A stretch of 29,454 nucleotides of DNA from Candidatus Micrarchaeaceae archaeon. Lineage in GTDB: Archaea > Micrarchaeota > Micrarchaeia > Micrarchaeales > CABMGC01. Both the position numbers and the translations under genes were made by a program. The stretch is from positions 1 to 29,454 of the forward strand of contig JAVZVY010000008.1 in the NCBI GenBank assembly GCA_038878295.1, written 5' to 3'. The stretch's first letter is position 1. Each line of letters begins with the position of its first letter. The notes below the pieces were generated by a model that saw only the letters and a program-made list of their open reading frames with translations, did not search any database and was not told the origin of the DNA. Below, piece by piece: positions 26,513-29,454 of this stretch.

Positions 26513-26950
26513 ATGAGGCTTGGCTTGGGCATAGCCTTTTTGTTTTGGGCTTTTGCCCTTTTCTCTTTTTCTTTGCTGCTTCTGCAGCAATCTGAGCCCG
26601 GACTCGGGGCGCAAAACTACTCCACGGCTAACGCAAACTCTGTAATAGAGCGGGCAATTTCTTATGTGAATATGATAAACCAGAGCGGCTATCTTATCTT
26701 CAGCGCAAACCTTACCTCAGCTTATAGCTACATAGACGATGCAAAGAAGGTGGTGAACGCTTCCCCGGAGCTTGCTGTGGCATACGCCAACGACGCTATT
26801 GCCGCGGCGAAGGCTGCATATTCGAAGATAGGCGCTTACAGATTTTACTCGCTCGGCATAGTGGGCGTCTTCACTTTGGCGATGGGCATTATATTATACA
26901 AGTACATGAAGCCAGAGAACAACAAGGCAGAATGGCGCAGACTAAGATAA
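26513..26950 (+). CDS. Hypothetical membrane-anchored protein
   Basis: N-terminal hydrophobic signal, Ala-rich helical middle with N-x-S/T sequons, C-terminal TM helix and basic tail. Starts 7 bp after tfb. Confidence 0.75.
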   Translation: MRLGLGIAFLFWAFALFSFSLLLLQQSEPGLGAQNYSTANANSVIERAISYVNMINQSGYLIFSANLTSAYSYIDDAKKVVNASPELAVAYANDAIAAAKAAYSKIGAYRFYSLGIVGVFTLAMGIILYKYMKPENNKAEWRRLR

Positions 26951-26954
26951 GCAG

Positions 26955-26968
26955 TATCTTTTTTATAA
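26955..26968 (+). promoter_or_regulatory. TATA box of thrS
   Basis: TTTTATAA at 26961-26968, 26 nt before ATG 26995. Confidence 0.55.
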
Positions 26969-26994
26969 CTTTATTGCTAATGTTGGTTGATTCT

Positions 26995-28692
26995 ATGCAG
27001 ATTCTTCAGCTCGACGTAGAGAGGATTTCATACGAGCTTGTAAAGCCAGAGTCAAGCATATATGAGGATTCAAAGGAGAAGAAGGCAGATATCGATGATG
27101 CACTCACGCTGCTTGTTTCCATAGAATCAGGCGACACAAACGAGCTTGCTGAAAGAGCTGTAAACGATGCAGTAGAGTTCATGTCAAAGCTGAAGAGGGA
27201 GAAGCTCGTGCTTTATCCTTTCGCGCACCTAAGCAGCAATCTTGCAGAGCCCAAAACAGCGCTTGCTATTTACAGGCACATGAAGGAATTCGCCGGTGGC
27301 AAGGGCTTGGAGCTGCACTGCGCGCCCTTCGGCTGGAACAAGAAGCTCTCTATAGCCATAAAGGGCCACCCGCTCGCCGAACAGTCAAGGAGCTATGGCG
27401 CGCCTGCAACTGCTCCAAAGCAGTACAAAAAAGCGAAGCCGGTTAGCGTCGACACAGCTATAGTCAGAAAGAGCGACGTTTCCGGGCTGCCGGAATCGGA
27501 CCACAGAACTATAGGCGAGAAACTTGACCTCTACAGCTTTCAGGAGGTCTCGCCTGGCATGGTCTACTGGCACAGGAATGGCAAAACAATATTCAACGAA
27601 CTCGTGAGGTTTCTCAAGGAGATACTTGACTATTATGACTACAGCGAGATAAGCACGCCTGTGCTCGCAAACATAGCGCTCTGGCATGTGAGCGGGCACA
27701 TAGACCACTACAAGGAGAACATGTTCATCTTTGAGAGCGAGGGCGAGAGCCTCGGAATGAAGCCAATGAACTGCCCCTCGACAATACTGATTTACAAATC
27801 GAGAAAATGGAGCTACAAGGAGCTTCCTTTCAGAACCGCGATATTTGACAAGATCTACAGGAACGAGATAAGCGGAGCCCTTACAGGACTTTTCAGAGTA
27901 AGGGAGCTTACACAGGACGATGGGCATATATTCGCAAGGGAGGACCAGATAGAAAATGAGGTTACCCTGCTTCTCGAATTCGTCAACAAGGTCTACAGCA
28001 CATTCGGCCTCAAGTACACCGCAAAGCTTTCGACAATGCCTGAAAACCACATGGGCGATGAGAAGCTTTGGGAAAAAGCGACAAACGCACTGAAAAAGGC
28101 CCTTGAGAAAAACAAGCTTGAGTATGTTGTCAAGGACAAGGAAGGCGCATTCTACGGCCCAAAGATAGACTTTGACGTTTTCGATTCCATGGGCAGGGCC
28201 TGGCAGTGCGCCACTATACAGCTCGACTACCAGCTGCCGCTCAGGTTCGGCATAACCTATACAGGCGAAGATGGCAAGGAGCACACGCCAGTGCTTATAC
28301 ACAGGGCCATACTCGGAAGCATAGAGCGCTTCATAGGCGTAATGGTCGAGCATTTCCAGGGCAAATTCCCTACTTGGCTAGCGCCGGTGCAAGTTAGAGT
28401 AATCTCGATATCGGAGCACGAAAACGAATACGCCGACAAGATATACCAGGAGCTTAAGAGGAATGGCATAAGGGCTTATGCAGACACTTCAGACAGGACT
28501 CTAGAGTACAAGATAAGGGAAGCATCTATGCTCAAGGTTCCTTACATGCTCATAGTTGGCAAAAAGGAAGCCGAATCAGGAAGCGTTACAGTAAGGCGCA
28601 GGTCCGGCAAACAAGAGCATGATGTAAAACTTGACGCTTTCGTAAAAAGCTTAAAGAAGGAAATAGAGGAGAGAGCCCTTTACGAAGAATAA
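26995..28692 (+). CDS. thrS: Threonine--tRNA ligase (archaeal editing domain plus bacterial-type catalytic and anticodon domains)
   Basis: LYPFAHLSS.LA, APFGW.K and KGHPLAE.SR (editing). DHR.IG, KPMNCP, YRNE.SG.L.GLFRVR..TQDD.HIF, GAFYGPKID, IHRA..GS.ERF and WLAPVQ (core). Start moved from 26932 to ATG 26995. Confidence 0.97.
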   Translation: MQILQLDVERISYELVKPESSIYEDSKEKKADIDDALTLLVSIESGDTNELAERAVNDAVEFMSKLKREKLVLYPFAHLSSNLAEPKTALAIYRHMKEFAGGKGLELHCAPFGWNKKLSIAIKGHPLAEQSRSYGAPATAPKQYKKAKPVSVDTAIVRKSDVSGLPESDHRTIGEKLDLYSFQEVSPGMVYWHRNGKTIFNELVRFLKEILDYYDYSEISTPVLANIALWHVSGHIDHYKENMFIFESEGESLGMKPMNCPSTILIYKSRKWSYKELPFRTAIFDKIYRNEISGALTGLFRVRELTQDDGHIFAREDQIENEVTLLLEFVNKVYSTFGLKYTAKLSTMPENHMGDEKLWEKATNALKKALEKNKLEYVVKDKEGAFYGPKIDFDVFDSMGRAWQCATIQLDYQLPLRFGITYTGEDGKEHTPVLIHRAILGSIERFIGVMVEHFQGKFPTWLAPVQVRVISISEHENEYADKIYQELKRNGIRAYADTSDRTLEYKIREASMLKVPYMLIVGKKEAESGSVTVRRRSGKQEHDVKLDAFVKSLKKEIEERALYEE

Positions 28693-28735
28693 AACCGCAA
28701 CGCAAGGCGATTTATCGAGCTGGCGCATCGCGCGT

Positions 28736-28945
28736 TTACATCGGAAAGCTCTCTGGAAGTTTTGACCTCAAGCGCATATATTCGTCTGAATGCTCGGCTT
28801 TTGCTTTATTCAATATTTCAATTACCACATTGTCTGATAGACCGCGGGCGCTAGCCACCATGTGGACCGTTTCATAAAAATCCTTGCGGCATACGTTGTA
28901 GCAGTTCACCATCCCTTTTAGAATTTCCTTTTCTCTTTCGTCCAT
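28736..28945 (-). CDS. Small hypothetical protein with CxxxC
   Basis: 69 aa, helical amphipathic composition, fills the gap between thrS and the MFS gene and is co-oriented with the MFS gene. Confidence 0.65.
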   Translation of the reverse strand: MDEREKEILKGMVNCYNVCRKDFYETVHMVASARGLSDNVVIEILNKAKAEHSDEYMRLRSKLPESFPM

Positions 28946-28972
28946 ACCATCGCGCTAGCATGCGTTGCAACG

Positions 28973-29454
28973 CTATATTCTGCGCAGGAAGCCCCTGCCG
29001 AAATAAAGCAGAATGAGCCCAGCCAGAAGCGAAACGATAGAAGCATAAGAGTAGGAATATAGCGGATTTAACGCGTATAGAAGGCCCATGCTCAAGTTGC
29101 CCACAAGTATGCCTATGCTCCTTGCTGAAGTAAGAGAGCCCATGCCCCTGCCTTGTTGAGCGGCGCTTTTTGTATAGGATATGATTGTTGGCTCCAGGGT
29201 ATCTATTGCACCCAGGGCCATGCCTATAACAAAGACAGATATGAACATCGGCACGATTCCAAGATTGAAAGTGTACGACAAGCCGATTCCCATTGTGCCG
29301 AAAGCCGAGAGTATGTAGCCGAGGAACGCAAGGCTTGCTATAAGCCTGTACTTTCTGGTGCCTATTATGTAGCCGAAAACTGCAGAGGTCGCAAGGAAGA
29401 GAGCGTATGATGCGAAGCCAAGCGTGTCTATGCCAGAAGTCTGCGCTATCGTAA
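28973..29454 (-). CDS. MFS transporter, C-terminal part (5' end outside the window)
   Basis: Frame stays open to the window end (TIAQTSGIDTLGFASYALFLATSAVFGY...). Motif LEPTIIS......QGRGMG.L...RSIG...GN..MG.LY. Confidence 0.85.
   Translation of the reverse strand, partial: TIAQTSGIDTLGFASYALFLATSAVFGYIIGTRKYRLIASLAFLGYILSAFGTMGIGLSYTFNLGIVPMFISVFVIGMALGAIDTLEPTIISYTKSAAQQGRGMGSLTSARSIGILVGNLSMGLLYALNPLYSYSYASIVSLLAGLILLYFGRGFLRRI

Noticed and set aside
25423..26532. 369-aa antisense ORF over tfb
   Set aside because: It shadows a highly conserved gene, has no recognisable motifs and has a composition typical of antisense frames.
26932..26994. Hydrophobic N-terminal extension of ThrRS in the ORF track, suggesting a membrane-anchored synthetase
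   Set aside because: It is translated AT-rich promoter DNA containing the TATA box. Homology starts at MQILQLD (26995).
27385..28353. 322-aa antisense ORF over thrS (likewise 23019..23750 over valS and 6361..6972 over the ATPase end)
   Set aside because: These are shadow frames of well-supported genes with no independent evidence.
28693..28735. GC-rich intergenic tract with CGCAACGC...CAAGG similar to the reverse complement near 13157-13174
   Set aside because: The match is short and gapped, which is not enough to call a REP- or MITE-like repeat.
1..29454. tRNA, rRNA, CRISPR array, transposase or integrase
   Set aside because: Visual inspection of intergenic regions found no cloverleaf or T-loop motifs, regularly spaced repeats or recombinase motifs. 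tRNAscan-SE and Infernal would be needed to exclude them firmly.

Overview
Archaeal chromosomal segment. Archaeal origin is shown by TFB, eS1, uS15, class I HMG-CoA reductase, archaeal-type ValRS and BRE/TATA promoters. A DPANN/Micrarchaeota-like acidophile is my inference from the class III signal 'RAQAASEYL', the P3A proton pump and the compact gene order. The left half is accessory and partly decaying. It holds a large pilin-signal/Ig-like surface protein that seems broken by clustered frameshifts, an ABC-ATPase remnant, an AT-richer MFS + FAD-oxidoreductase + shikimate dehydrogenase cassette, an H+-ATPase, a Nudix-acyP-hmgA run, a repeat protein, a C39-like peptidase, an Lrp/AsnC remnant and DUF488. 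The right half is housekeeping. It holds a bacterial-style sufB(intein)-sufD-sufC-sufS-sufU operon, valS-rps15-rps3ae, a GT4 glycosyltransferase, a TFB with a long Lys-rich/acidic N-terminal extension, and a ThrRS that joins an archaeal editing domain to a bacterial-type catalytic core. I saw no rRNA, tRNA, CRISPR array or transposase, and I cannot establish a new multi-gene system from sequence alone. The best leads are the SufB LAGLIDADG intein, the frameshifted surface protein, the extended TFB, the chimeric ThrRS and the aroE cassette bounded by gene remnants. All family assignments come from motif recognition, not database searches.
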